Assembly: GCA_964016885.1 (NCBI GenBank)
Contig: OZ024766.1
Span: 12,896,001-12,960,000, forward strand
Reading direction: 5' to 3'
From: Eledone cirrhosa
Lineage: Eukaryota
Length of the DNA: 64,000 nt
Part shown: positions 27,222-40,242 of the stretch, piece by piece
Layout: each line of letters starts with the position of its first letter
Position numbering within the stretch: the first letter of the stretch is position 1
Notes under the pieces: model-generated
Seen by the model: only the letters and a program-made list of their open reading frames with translations
Told to the model about the DNA's origin: nothing
Databases searched by the model: none
Made by a program: the position numbers and the translations under genes

Positions 27222-27898
27222 AGGAAAAGAGTCAGGACACCAACTGCTGATCTCTGGCCGGAGCTCAGCTGTTGGGTTCCTGGCTCTTTTCCTATTACCC
27301 ACTCTTCTACCCTAAGTATTGAGTACTCTGAGATATATATATATATACACACACACACACATATATATATATACATATATGTATATATATATATATCCAA
27401 AATTAAAACTAAGGGTTGTCATGTCTGAGAGACATGCGCCATGCGTAGAATAAGCTGAAAGATTAGATCCGAGCATTACATATCAACTAGAAATAGATTG
27501 ACATATATATATATATATATATATAATAAATACATGAAACAATCACAGGGAATAATTTGTAAAGAATGTAGGCACACATAGCTAGGTAGGTAACTAATTA
27601 AAGCTTGACTAGAACTTCAAATATAGATACCTTTTAAAATGATTAATCTCCTTTGTATATATTTCTTTAAGTAAGAAATATATTTCACCTATTAATCCGT
27701 AAATCACAGCAGTTAAATTCTTCGATGTTCACCAAATGAGAAGAAAAATAACCATCTGCGTTTACACAGCAAATGCAAATCTGCGAATGATTTGAACCAC
27801 TTGTTGCATTTTTTAAAAATACACTCGTTGAACAACGTCATCCCAGTGGCCTGAATAGGACCATCGACAGCCAGAAATAGCCAGAAATATAAATATAA

Positions 27899-27929
<31 letters not shown>

Positions 27930-28240
27930 CTCTTTTACTCTTTTAACGTGTTCCAGCGATCCAGTTGAGGCCATGCTGGGGCATGCCCTTGTTACACATT
28001 CTTTCTCCAACCTGTGTTGGTTGGCCATTCGGCAAAGAGGGGGTTCGTTGTTGCTGCCCTTAGGTTACCTTCGAACCATGCTGTGGGCTCATCCAGGATC
28101 CTGGTAACAGGGTGTCGAGATGTTCCTTGAAAACATCCACGTCCACACCGTGCAGATCTCTCAAATTCCTTGGCAGCTTGTTGAACAGGTGAGGGCCCTT
28201 GAACCCCAGGTTATTGTAATACCTGCTCCTTATTCTGTAT
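27930..28240 (-). mobile_element. CR1/L2-like LINE 3' fragment (one per array unit)
   Basis: LGFKGPHLFNKLPRNLRDLHGVDVDVFKEHLDTLL resembles the WNxLP...FKxxLD C-terminus of CR1-group ORF2. Confidence 0.6.
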
Positions 28241-28449
28241 ATATTTATAAGTATATATCTATATATGTGTGTGTGTGTGTGTGGTAGGAAGTATGGTAAG
28301 GAACGAGGTGGACCATAACGCACCAGATCACGCGATACTTTGGTTAGTAGATATATATATATATGTGAGTGTGTGTTAAGCTATTCTATTAAATCTACCC
28401 CAGGATATCACTGGTACTATATTTTATCAACCCCTGAATTATGAAATCA

Positions 28450-28610
28450 TTTCATTTTACGTCCCCTTTTCCCTGCTTGCAAGAGTGGGACAGGAACTGA
28501 TTCTGGCTTGATTTCTACAGCTTGATGCCCTTCCTAAAACCAACCTCATTTACAGTGAGTGCTGGGTGATTTTTTGCCGTGGCACCGCTACGACCACTTT
28601 ACAGTGGAAT
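28450..28610 (-). mobile_element. RTE 3'UTR remnant (one per unit)
   Basis: GATTTCTACAGCTTGATGCCCTTCCTAAAACCAACCTCATTTACAGTGAGTGCTGGGTG is the reverse complement of ~23858-23918. Confidence 0.75.
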
Positions 28611-28636
28611 GATAGGGACTCCAGTCCCTATCATCT

Positions 28637-28737
28637 CATTTCTACAGCTGAGTAAACTGGAGCAATTTGAAATAAAGTGTTTGCTCAAGGAAACAACACG
28701 TTAACCGGTCGGAGAATTTAACTCACAACCTTTCGAT
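28637..28737 (-). mobile_element. CORE-type tRNA SINE fragment (one per unit)
   Basis: Minus strand GTGAGTTxAATTCTC (B-box-like) then TTTCCTTGAGCAA(G)ACACTTTATTTCA..TTGCTCCAG, a CORE-like motif. Confidence 0.55.
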
Positions 28738-28865
28738 AAAGAATAATACAATTATAGAGATTATAAAAGATTATAAAAGAATAATACGTATTATTCCTTT
28801 CGAATACAATAAAAGGCCTGCTGTTACAACTTTGGTATTTATTGAGGATATTGTGACTCGTTTAA

Positions 28866-29086
28866 CCCTTTAGCATTTAAACCGGCCATATCCGGCCAGA
28901 AATCTCTCACTTTTTTCTGTTCAAACCGGCTGTAACTAGCCACTCATACTGACGTTAAGGTATTCTTCTCAAAATAAATAATATCAAAATCTTATAGATT
29001 CAATATTATGTGAGATAACTATATAAAATTAAGTGTTTACTGTGACATTACAATAGTAAATATAGAGTAATGTAAGTGCTAAAGGG
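28866..29086. mobile_element. 221-bp piggyBac-like MITE; copies at 33950-34170, 39546-39766, 44977-45197, 50621-50841, 55500-55720 and 61003-61223
   Basis: TTAA target duplication on both sides; TIR CCCTTTAGCATTTA / TAAGTGCTAAAGGG. Confidence 0.85.
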
Positions 29087-29413
29087 TTAAATAACTTAAA
29101 TTTACAACTTCAAGGTAAAACTCAGCTCGTAAATGAAATGTATAACCAATGAAAAAAAGCTACAGTTGTGGGAACATCAACTTTGAAATAAAAATTATGT
29201 GCATTTTCCATCATTTCAAGGAGGGAAATCACAGGATTCAGAGGTATTTGTGAATATAATTCAAGATTTGAGAAATGAATAGTATAGTCGACACTCGAGA
29301 TTAAATTTTAGCTTGTGTAATTTTCCATAATTATTCTTTTATGGCGTTCGTCCGGCCCATGGAGGCAAAGAAGTTGCCAATCCCTGATCTACACCAATGT
29401 TTTCCTGTTACAG

Positions 29414-29551
29414 TGTGCAGTAGTGGAAGACTTGGTGCCAACTGTGATCAGGTGTGTCATTGTGAAGATAACAACAGGTGTAATGTGGAATTAGGGATCT
29501 GTTCAAGGGGTAGATGTGCTCCAGGTTATGAAGGAAACAGTTGTCAGAAAG
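29414..29551 (+). CDS. EGF-like exon copy 1 (MEGF10/CED-1/SCARF-type 8-Cys module)
   Basis: Acceptor TTTTCCTGTTACAG, donor G|GTTAGT, 138 bp, phase 1-1; VCSSGRLGANCDQVCHCEDNNRCNVELGICSRGRCAPGYEGNSCQK. Confidence 0.85.
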
Positions 29552-29593
29552 GTTAGTTATTTTCATATCTCAGCTTTTATCTCTCACCAGTCC

Positions 29594-30473
29594 AGGTACT
29601 TTATTTTATCAACCCCAGTACGTTACTGGTACTTTATTTTATCAACCCCAGTACATTACTGGTACTTTACTTTATCAACCCCAGTACATTCCTGGTACTT
29701 TACTTTATCAACCCCAGTACGTTACTGGTAGTTTATTTTATCAATCCCAGTACATTACTGGTACTTTATTTTATCAACCCCAGTACGTTACTGGTACTTT
29801 ACTTTATCAACCCCAGTACATTACTGGTACTTTACTTTATCAACCCCAGTACGTTACTGGTACTTTACTTTATCAACCCCCGTACATTACTGGTACTTTA
29901 CTTTATCAACCCCAGTACGTTACTGGTACTTTACTTTATCAACCCCAGTACGTTACTGATACTTTACTTTATCAAACCCAGTACTTTACTGGTACTTTAC
30001 TTTATCAACCCCAGTACATTACTGGTACTTTACTTTATCAACCCCAGTACGTTACTGGTACTTTACTTTATCAACCCCCGTACATTACTGGTACTTTACT
30101 TTATCAACCCCAGTACGTTACTGGTACTTTACTTTATCAACCCCAGTACGTTACTGATACTTTACTTTATCAAACCCAGTACATTACTGGTACTTTACTT
30201 TATCAACCCCAGTACATTACTGGTACTTTACTTTATCAACCCCAGTACGTTACTGGTACTTTACTTTATCAAACCCAGTACATTACTGGTACTTTACTTT
30301 ATCAACCCCAGTACATTACTGGTACTTTACTTTATCAACCCCAGTACGTTACTGGTACTTTACTTTATCAAACCCAGTACATTACTGGTACCTTACTTTA
30401 TCAACCCCAGTACGTTACTGGTACTTTACTTTATCAACCCCAGTACGTTACTGGTACTTTACTTTATCAACCC
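29594..30473. repeat. 33-bp SINE-derived minisatellite; also at ~34690-35338, 40285-40504, 45717-46430, 51361-51613, 56240-57018 and 61706-61925
   Basis: Unit ACCCCAGTACRTTACTGGTACTTTACTTTATCA; continues directly into a minus-strand SINE (AGGATGAAAG...GGATTTGAAC). Confidence 0.95.
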
Positions 30474-32095
30474 TGTTAGGATGAAAGCCAGAGCTATAAC
30501 TTCAGTAGGATTTGAACCCAGTTACGGCCCTTTACGTTCTGAGTTCAAATCCCATCAAGGTAAGCTTTGCCCTTCATCCTTACTGGGTTGATAAAATAAA
30601 GTACCAGTAACACACTGGGGTCAATCAACACCCCTTCCCCAAATGTGTTGGCCTTGCATCTAAATCAGAAACCATTAAAATAATCTCTAAATTTCTAGTC
30701 AACAATCAATATTATTAGTTAGAAATATTAGTTAATAATTGTTTCTACGTTAGGCACAAGGCCAGCAATTACCCCAGTGAATTACTGCTACTTTATTTTA
30801 TCGACCCCGTAAGGATGAAAGGCAAAGTTAACCTCGGTGGGATTTGAACTCAGAATGGCAAGGGCCGTAACTCTATGCATCAAAGCATGGCGTCCGACCC
30901 TCCACTGATACTGCCAATCCACTGCCATTAATATTATTATTGACTAATAATATTAACTAATAATATTAACTAATTATATTAACTAATAATATTAACTAAT
31001 TATATTGACTAATAATATTAACTAATAATATTAACTAAATAATATTAACTAATAATATTAACTAATAATATTTACTAATTATATAACTCTATGCATCAAA
31101 GCATGGCGTCCGACGCTCCACCGATACTGCCAATCCACCGAATAATATTAACTAATTCAAATCCCGCCGAGGTTAACTTTGCCTTTCATCCTTACGGGGT
31201 TGATAAAATAAAGTACCAGTAATACACTGGGGTAATGCTGGCCTTGTGCCTAATGTAAAAATTATTTAAATTATTAGTGAATATTATTAGATGATAATAT
31301 TAGTTAATATTATTAGTTAATATAATTAGTGAATGTTATTAGTTAATATTATTAGGTGATAATATTAGTTAATATTATTAGTTAATATAATTAGTCAATA
31401 TAATTAGTTAATGAGGTTAACTTTGCCTTTCATCCTTACGGGGTCGATAAAATAAAGTACCAGTAATGTACTGGGTAATTGCTGGCCTTGTGCCTAACGT
31501 AGAAACAATTATTAGTTCATATAATTAGTTACTATTATTAGTAAATATAATTAGTCAATATAATTAGTAAATATAATTAGTCAATATAATTAGTCAATAT
31601 AATTAGTAAATATAATTAGTCAATATAATTCGTCAATATAATTAGTCAATATTATTAGTCAATATTATTAGTAAATATTATTAGTAAATATAATTAGTCA
31701 ATATAATTAGTCAATATAATTAGTCAATATTATTAGTAAATATAATTAGTCAATATTATTAGTCAATATAATTAGTCAATATAATTAGTCAATATAATTA
31801 GTCAATATAATTAGTCAATATAATTAGTCAATATAATTAGTCAATATAATAAGTCAATATTATTAGTCAATATTATTAGTAAATATAATTAGTCAATATT
31901 ATTAGTCAATATTATTAGTCAATATTATTAGTAAATATAATTAGTCAATATAATTAGTCAATATTATTAGTCAATATTATTAGTCAATATTATTAGTAAA
32001 TATAATTAGTCAATATAATTAGTCAATATTATTAGTCAATATTATTAGTCAATATTATTCGTAAATATAATTATTCAATATAATTAGAAACAATT
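30474..32095. repeat. Cluster of SINE pieces in both orientations interleaved with 13-bp AT-rich minisatellites (one cluster per unit)
   Basis: SINE - (30474-30520), + (30525-30675), - (30738-30927), + (31156-31260), + (31413-31510); (TAATATTAACTAA)n followed by its reverse-complement type (TTAGTCAATATAA)n. Confidence 0.9.
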
Positions 32096-32632
32096 ATATT
32101 TTATCAACCCCAGAATGTTGGTTGTGTGGGGTTTTTTATTTATGTATGAAGTTCTGGCAGTCAGCCATACAGACACATGATATGAGTGTGCAACATTGTA
32201 GCTATGTTTCTGTCAGTTGAAAGCAAGTCTTTGTATTAACTTTTAGAGAAAGTCACACCCAGTTAAATTACATGACCTTAGGTAAGTGTATGGGAGATAC
32301 AGGAGGAGAGATAGAGAGAGATAGAGAGAGAGAGGGGGGTGAGAGAAAGAGAGGGATATCGAGAGAGGGAGATAGAGGGAGAGAAAGAGATGTGAGAGAC
32401 AGAGATAGAAAGTAAAATGTAGTAGTAATTCTAATGTTGTATTATATATATTTATATATATATATATAAATATATATATATGCAGAGGTTATATTTAATT
32501 TGTTGGGATTCAATAAGCTTAAACATTTTTATAACTGATATAAAGCACTCAACAGTTTGCCTTGGTTGCCCTTGAAATATGTATAATAAAATAAATATGG
32601 TTTTATAAATATAGTTTCCATTTATTAATATA

Positions 32633-32682
<50 letters not shown>

Positions 32683-32981
32683 AGGAAAAGAGTCAGGACC
32701 CCAACTGCTGATCTCTGGCCGGAGCTCAGCCGTTGGGTTCCTGGCTCTTTAAGTAAGAAATATATTTCACCTATTAATCCGTAAATCACAGCAGTTAAAT
32801 TCTTGGATGTTCACCAAATGAGAAGAAAAATAACCATCTGCGTTTACACAGCAAATGCAAATCTGCGAATGATATGAACCACGTGTTGCATTTTTTTAAA
32901 AATACACTCGTTGAACAACGTCATCCCAGTGGCCTGAATAGGACCATCGACAGCCAGAAATAGCCAGAAATATAAATATAA

Positions 32982-33012
<31 letters not shown>

Positions 33013-34508
33013 CTCTTTTACTCTTTTAACGTGTTCCAGCGATCCAGTTGAGGCCATGCTGGGGCATGCCCTTGTTACACATTCTTTCTCCAACCTGTGT
33101 TGGTTGGCCATTCGGCAAAGAGGGGGTTCGTTGTTGCTGCCCTTAGGTTACCTTCGAACCATGCTGTGGGCTCATCCAGGATCCTGGTAACAGGGTGTCG
33201 AGATGTTCCTTGAAAACATCCACGTCCACACCGTGCAGATCTCTCAAATTCCTTGGCAGCTTGTTGAACAGGTGAGGGCCCTTGAACCCCAGGTTATTGT
33301 AATACCTGCTCCTTATTCTGTATATATTTATAAGTATATATCTATATATGTGTGTGTGTGTGTGTTGTAGGAAGTATGGTAAGGAACGAGGTGGACCATA
33401 ACGCACCAGATCACGCGATACTTTGGTTAGTAGATATATATATATATGTGAGTGTGTGTTAAGCTATTCTATTAAATCTACTCCAGGATATCACTGGTAC
33501 TATATTTTATCAACCCCTGAATTATGAAATCATTTAATTTTACGTCCCCTTTTCCCTGCTTGCAAGAGTGGGACAGGAACTGATTCTGGCTTGATTTCTA
33601 CAGCTTGATGCCCTTCCTAAAACCAACCTCATTTACAGTGAGTGCTGGGTGATTTTTTGCCGTGGCACCTCTACGACCACTTTACAGTGGAATAATAGGG
33701 ACCCCAGTCCCTATCATCTCATTTTTACAGCTGAGTAAACTGGAGCAATTTGAAATAAAGTGTCTTGCTCAAGGAAACAACACATTACCCGGTCTGAGAA
33801 TTGAACTCACAACCTTTCGATAAAGAATAATACAATTATAGAGATTATAAAAGATTATAAAAGAATAATACGTATTATTCCTTTCGAATACAATAAAAGG
33901 CCTGCTGTTACAACTTTGGTATTTATTGAGGATATTGTGACTCGTTTAACCCTTTAGCATTTAAACCGGCCATATCCGGCCAGAAATCTCTCACTTTTTT
34001 CTGTTCAAACCGGCTGTAACTAGCCACTCATACTGACGTTAAGGTATTCTTCTCAAAATAAATATTATCAAAATCTCATAGATTCAATATTATGTGAGAT
34101 AACTATATAAGATAAAGTGTTTACTGTGACATTACAATAGTAAATATAGAGTAATGTAAGTGCTAAAGGGTTAAATAACTTAAATTTACAACTTCAAGGT
34201 AAAACTCAGCTCGTAAATGAAATGTATAACCATATTGTTGCCTTTGAAGAAAAGCTACAGTTGTGGGAACATCAACTTTGAAATAAAAATTATGTGCATT
34301 TTCCATCATTTCAAGGAGGGAAATCACAGGATTCAGAGGTATTTGTGAATATAATTCAAGATTTGAGAAATGAATAGTATAGTCGACACTCGAGATTAAA
34401 TTTTAGCTTGTGTAATTTTCCATAATTATTCTTTTATGGCGTTCGTCCGGCCCGTGGAGGCAAAGAAGTTGGCAATCCCTGATCAACACCAATGTTTTCC
34501 TGTTACAG

Positions 34509-34646
34509 TGTGCAGTAGTGGAAGACTTGGTGCCAACTGTGATCAGGTGTGTCATTGTGAAGATAACAACAGGTGTAATGTGGAATTAGGGATCTGTTCA
34601 AGGGGTAGATGTGCTCCAGGTTATGAAGGAAACAGTTGTCAGAAAG
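34509..34646 (+). CDS. EGF-like exon copy 2
   Basis: Same sequence and splice sites as copy 1. Confidence 0.85.
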
Positions 34647-37292
34647 GTTAGTTATTTTCATATCTCAGCTTTTATCTCTCACCAGTCCAGGTACTTTATT
34701 TTATCAACCCCAGTACATTACTGGTACTTTATTTTATCAATCCCAGTACATTACTGGTACTTTATTTTGTCAACCCCAGTACTTTACTGGTACTTTACTT
34801 TATCAACCCCAGTACGTTACTGGTACTTTATTTTATCAACCTCAGTACATTACTGGTACTTTACTTTATCAACCCCAGTACTTTACTGGTACTTTACTTT
34901 ATAAACCCCAGTACGTTACTGTTACTTTACTTTATCAACCCCCGTACATTACTGGTACTTTACTTTATCAACCCCAGTACATTCCTGGTACTTTACTTTA
35001 TCAACCCCCGTACATTACTGGTACTTTACTTTATCAACCCCAGTACGTTACTGGTACTTTACTTTATCAACCCCAGTACATTACTGGTACTTTATTTTAT
35101 CAACCCCAGTACGTTACTGGTACTTTACTTTATCAACCCCAGTACGTTACTGGTACTTTATTTTATCAACCCCAGTACATTACTGGAACTTTACTTTATC
35201 AACCCCAGTACGTTACTGGTACTTTATTTTATCAACCCCAGTACATTACTGGTACTTTACTTTATCATCCCCAGTACGTTACTGGTACTTTACTTTATCA
35301 ACCCCAGTACGTTACTGGTACTTTACTTTATCAACCCTGTAAGGATGAAAGCCAGAGCTATAACTTGAGTAGGATTTGAACCCAGTTACGGCCCTTTACG
35401 TTCTGAGTTCAAATCCCATCAAGGTAAGCTTTGCCCTTCATCCTTACTGGGTTGATAAAATAAAGTACCAGTAACACACTGGGGTCAATCAACACCCCTT
35501 CCCCAAATGTGTTGGCCTTGCATCTAAATCAGAAACCATTAAAATAATCTCTAAATTTCTAGTCAACAATCAATATTATTAGTTAGTAATATTAGTTAAT
35601 AATTGTTTCTACGTTAGGCACAAGGCCAGCAATTACCCCAGTGTATTACTGCTACTTTATTTTATCGACCCCGTAAGGATGAAAGGCAAAGTTAACCTCG
35701 GTGGGATTTGAACTCAGAATGGCAAGGGCCGTAACTCTATGCATCAAAGCATGGCGTCCGACCCTCCACTGATACTGCCAATCCACTGCCATTAATGTTA
35801 TTATTGACTAATAATATTAACTAATAATATTAACTAATAATATTAACTAATTATATTGACTAATAATATTAAGTAATAATATTAACTAATAATATTAACT
35901 AATAATATTAACTAATTATATTAACTAATAATATTAACTAATAATATTAACTAATAATATTAACTAATAATATTAACTAATAATATTAACTAATTATATT
36001 AACTAATAATATTAACTAATAATATTAACTAATTATATTAACTAATAATATTAACTAATAATATTAACTAATTATATTAACTAATAATATTAACTAATAA
36101 TATTAACTAATAATATTAACTAATTATATTAACTAATTATATTAACTAATAATATTAACTAATAATATTAACTAATAATATTAACTAATAATATTAACTA
36201 ATAATATTTACTAATTATATAACTCTATGCATCAAAGCATGGCGTCCGACGCTCCACCGATACTGCCAATCCACCGAATAATATTAACTAATTGAAATCC
36301 CGCCGAGGTTAACTTTGCCTTTCATCCTTACGGGGTAGATAAAATAAAGTACCAGTAATACACTGGGGAAATTGCTGGCCTTGTGCCTAATGTAAAAATT
36401 ATTTAAATTATTAGTGAATATTATTAGTGAATATTATTAGTTAATATTATTAGTCAATATAATTAGTGAATGTTATTAGTTGATAATATTAGTGAATATT
36501 ATTAGTGAATATTATTAGTTGATAATATTAGTTAATATTATTAGTTAATATAATTAGTGAATGTTATTAGTTAATATTATTAGGTGATAATATTAGTTAA
36601 TATTATTAGTTAATATAATTAGTCAATATAATTAGTTAATGAGGTTAAGTTTGCCTTTCATCCTTACGGGGTCGATAAAATAAAGTACCAGTAATGTACT
36701 GGGTTATTGCAGGCCTTGTGCCTAACGTAGAAACAATTATTAGTTCATATAATTAGTTACTATTATTAGTAAATATAATTAGTCAATATAATTAGTCAAT
36801 ATAATTAGTCAATATTATTAGTAAATATAATTAGTCAATATTATTAGTAAATATAATTAGTCAATATTATTAGTAAATATAATTAGTCAATATTATTACT
36901 CAATATTATTAGTAAATATAATTAGTCAATATAATTAGAAACAATTATATTTTATCAACCCCAGAATGTTGGTTGTGTGGGTTTTTTATTTCTGTATGAA
37001 GTTCAGGCAGTCAGCCATACAGACACATGATATGAGTGTGCAACATCGTAGCTATGTTTCTGTCAGTTGAAAGCAAGTCTTTGTATTAACTTTTAGAGAA
37101 AGTCACACCCAGTTAAATTACATGACCTTAGGTAAGTGTATGGGAGAGACAGGAGGAGAGATAGAGAGAGAGAGGGGGGTGAGAGAAAGAGAGGGATATC
37201 GAGAGAGGCAGATAGAGGGAGAGAAAGAGATGTGAGAGACAGAGATAGAAAGTAAAATGTAGTAGTAATTCTAATGTTGTATTATATATATT

Positions 37293-37325
<33 letters not shown>

Positions 37326-37468
37326 GCAGAGGTTATATTTAATTTGTTGGGATTCAATAAGCTTAAACATTTTTATAACTGATATAAAGCACTCAACAGT
37401 TTGCCTTGGTTGCCCTTGAAATATGTATAATAAAATAAATATGGTTTTATAAATATAGTTTCCATTTA

Positions 37469-37535
<67 letters not shown>

Positions 37536-37643
37536 AGGAAAAGAGTCAGGACCCCAACTGCTGATCTCTGGCCAGAGCTCAGCTGTTCGGTTCCTGGCTC
37601 TTTTCCTATTACCCACTCTTCTACCCTAAGTATTGAGTACTCT

Positions 37644-37735
<92 letters not shown>

Positions 37736-38276
37736 CATATATGTATATATATATATATCCAAAATTAAAATTAAGGGTTGTCATGTCTGAGAGACATGCA
37801 CCATGCGTAGAATAAGCTGAAAGATTAGATCCGAGCATTACATATCAACTAGAAATAGATTGACATATATATATATATATATAATAAATACATGAAACAA
37901 TCACAGGGAATAATTTGTAAAGAATGTAGGCACACATAGCTAGGAAGGTAACTAATTAAAGCTTGACTAGAACTTCAAATATAGATACCTTTTAAAATGA
38001 TTAATCTCCTTTGTATATATTTCTTTAAGTAAGAAATATATTTCACCTATTAATCCGTAAATCACAGCAGTTAAATTCTTGGATGTTCACCAAATGAGAA
38101 GAAAAATAACCATCTGCGTTTACACAGCAAATGCAAATCTGCGAATGATTTGAACCACTTGTTGCATTTTTTTAAAAATACACTCGTTGAACAACGTCAT
38201 CCCAGTGGCCTGAATAGGACCATCGACAGCCAGAAATAGCCAGAAATATAAATATAAATATATATATATGTATATA

Positions 38277-38581
38277 TAATATAAGATCAAAAGATGGTTA
38301 AAGGAGTTCCATGTATTTTATTATGCGCATTTCAAAAACAAACATCATCATGCAATAATATTTGTGTTTTCATCAGATAAAACAGGAGAACATGATATGA
38401 AGGCTAAAAAAACACTTGTGGATAGTGCAGTTTTAAATGCGCATAATAAAATACATGGAACTCCTTTAACCATCTTTTGATCTTATATTATGTATACTCC
38501 AGTCCTACAAACTGTAGAGTGCTTCTTATCCGATATCTGCATTGCTTTATTGTACTACAATAAAACTCACCTCCTACATTA
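38277..38581. mobile_element. ~305-bp HHR-bearing element in (TA)n; copies at ~43715-44019, 49357-49661 and 59735-60039
   Basis: Internal inverted repeat (~38276-38332 vs 38435-38491); absent at the equivalent sites ~27915, ~33000 and ~54550. Confidence 0.75.
38315..38383 (-). ncRNA. Type I hammerhead ribozyme motif
   Basis: Minus strand GTTTTAT-CTGATGA-AAACACAAATATTATT(gcat)GATGATGTTTGTTTTT-GAAA-TGCGCA-TA-ATAAAAT; palindromic stem III ATGCGCAT; AUA site. Confidence 0.8.
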
Positions 38582-40104
38582 TATGTATATATATATATAT
38601 ATATTCTCTTTTACTCTTTTAACGTGTTCCAGCGATCCAGTTGAGGCCATGCTGGGGCATGCCCTTGTTACACATTCTTTCTCCAACCTGTGTTGGTTGG
38701 CCATTTGGCAAAGAGGGGGTTCATTGTTGCTGCCCTTAGGTTACCTTCGAACCATGCTGTGGGCTCATCCAGGATCCTGATAACAGGGTGTCGAGATGTT
38801 CCTTGAAAACATCCACGTCCACACCGTGCAGATCTCTCAAATTCCTTGGCAGCTTGTTGAAGAGGTGAGGGCCCTTGAACCCCAGGTTATTGTAATACCT
38901 GCTCCTTATTCTGTATATATTTATAAGTATATATCTATATATGTGTGTGTGTGTGTGTGTGTGGTAGGAAGTATGGTAAGGAACGAGGTGGACCATAACG
39001 CACCAGATCACGCGATACTTTGGTTAGTAGATATATATATATATGTGAGTGTGTGTTAAGCTATTCTATTAAATCTACCCCAGGATATCACTGGTACTAT
39101 ATTTTATCAACCCCTGAATTATGAAACATTTCATTTTACGTCCCCTTTTCCCTGCTTGCAAGAGTGGGACAGGAAATGATTCTGGCTTGATTTCTACAGC
39201 TTGATGCCCTTCCTAAAACCAACCTCATTTACAGTGAGTGCTGGGTGATTTTTTGCCGTGGCACCTCTACGACCACTTTACAGTGGAATGATAGGGACCC
39301 CAGTCCCTATCATCTCATTTTTACAGCTGAGTAAACTGGAGCAATTTGAAATAAAGTGTCTTGCTCAAGGAAACAACACATTACCCGGTCTGAGAATTGA
39401 ACTCACAACCTTTCGATAAAGAATAATACAATTATAGAGATTATAAAAGATTATAAAAGAATAATACATATTATTCCTTTCGAATACAATAAAAGGCCTG
39501 CTTTTACAACTTTGGTATTTATTGAGGATATTGTGACTCGTTTAACCCTTTAGCATTTAAACCGGCCATATCCGGCCAGAAATCTCTCACTTTTTTCTGT
39601 TCAAACCGGCTGTAACTAGCCACTCATACTGACGTTAAGGTATTCTTCTCAAAATAAATAATATCAAAATCTCATAGATTCAATATTATGTGAGATAACT
39701 ATATAAGATAAAGTGTTTACTGTGACATTACAATAGTAAATATAGAGTAATGTAAGTGCTAAAGGGTTAAATAACTTAAATTTACAACTTCAAGGTAAAA
39801 CTCAGCTCGTAAATGAAATGTATAACCATATTGTTGCCTTTGAAAAAAAGCTACAGTTGTGGGAACATCAACTTTGAAATAAAAATTATGTGCATTTTCC
39901 ATCATTTCAAGGAGGGAAATCACAGGATTCAGAGGTATTTGTGAATATAATTCAAGATTTGAGAAATGAATAGTATAGTCAACACTCGAGATTAAATTTT
40001 AGCTTGTGTAATTTTCCATAATTATTCTTTTATGGCGTTCGTCCGGCCCGTGGAGGCAAAGAAGTTGCCAATCCCTGATCTACACCAATGTTTTCCTGTT
40101 ACAG

Positions 40105-40242
40105 TGTGCAGTAGTGGAAGACTTGGTGCCAACTGTGATCAGGTGTGTCATTGTGAAGATAACAACAGGTGTAATGTGGAATTAGGGATCTGTTCAAGGG
40201 GTAGATGTGCTCCAGGTTATGAAGGAAACAGTTGTCAGAAAG
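40105..40242 (+). CDS. EGF-like exon copy 3
   Basis: Same sequence and splice sites as copy 1. Confidence 0.85.

Noticed and set aside
29341-29413. MAFVRP... N-terminus making a stand-alone 71-aa EGF peptide
   Set aside because: No signal peptide; this stretch contains the branch point, pyrimidine tract and AG acceptor and varies among copies like intron; a strong donor precedes the stop
29541-30479. 312-aa (LYQPQYVTGTL)n ORF and equivalents at 34636, 56186 and 61653
   Set aside because: Read-through of a 33-bp SINE-derived minisatellite; non-ATG start; frameshifted or stopped in some units
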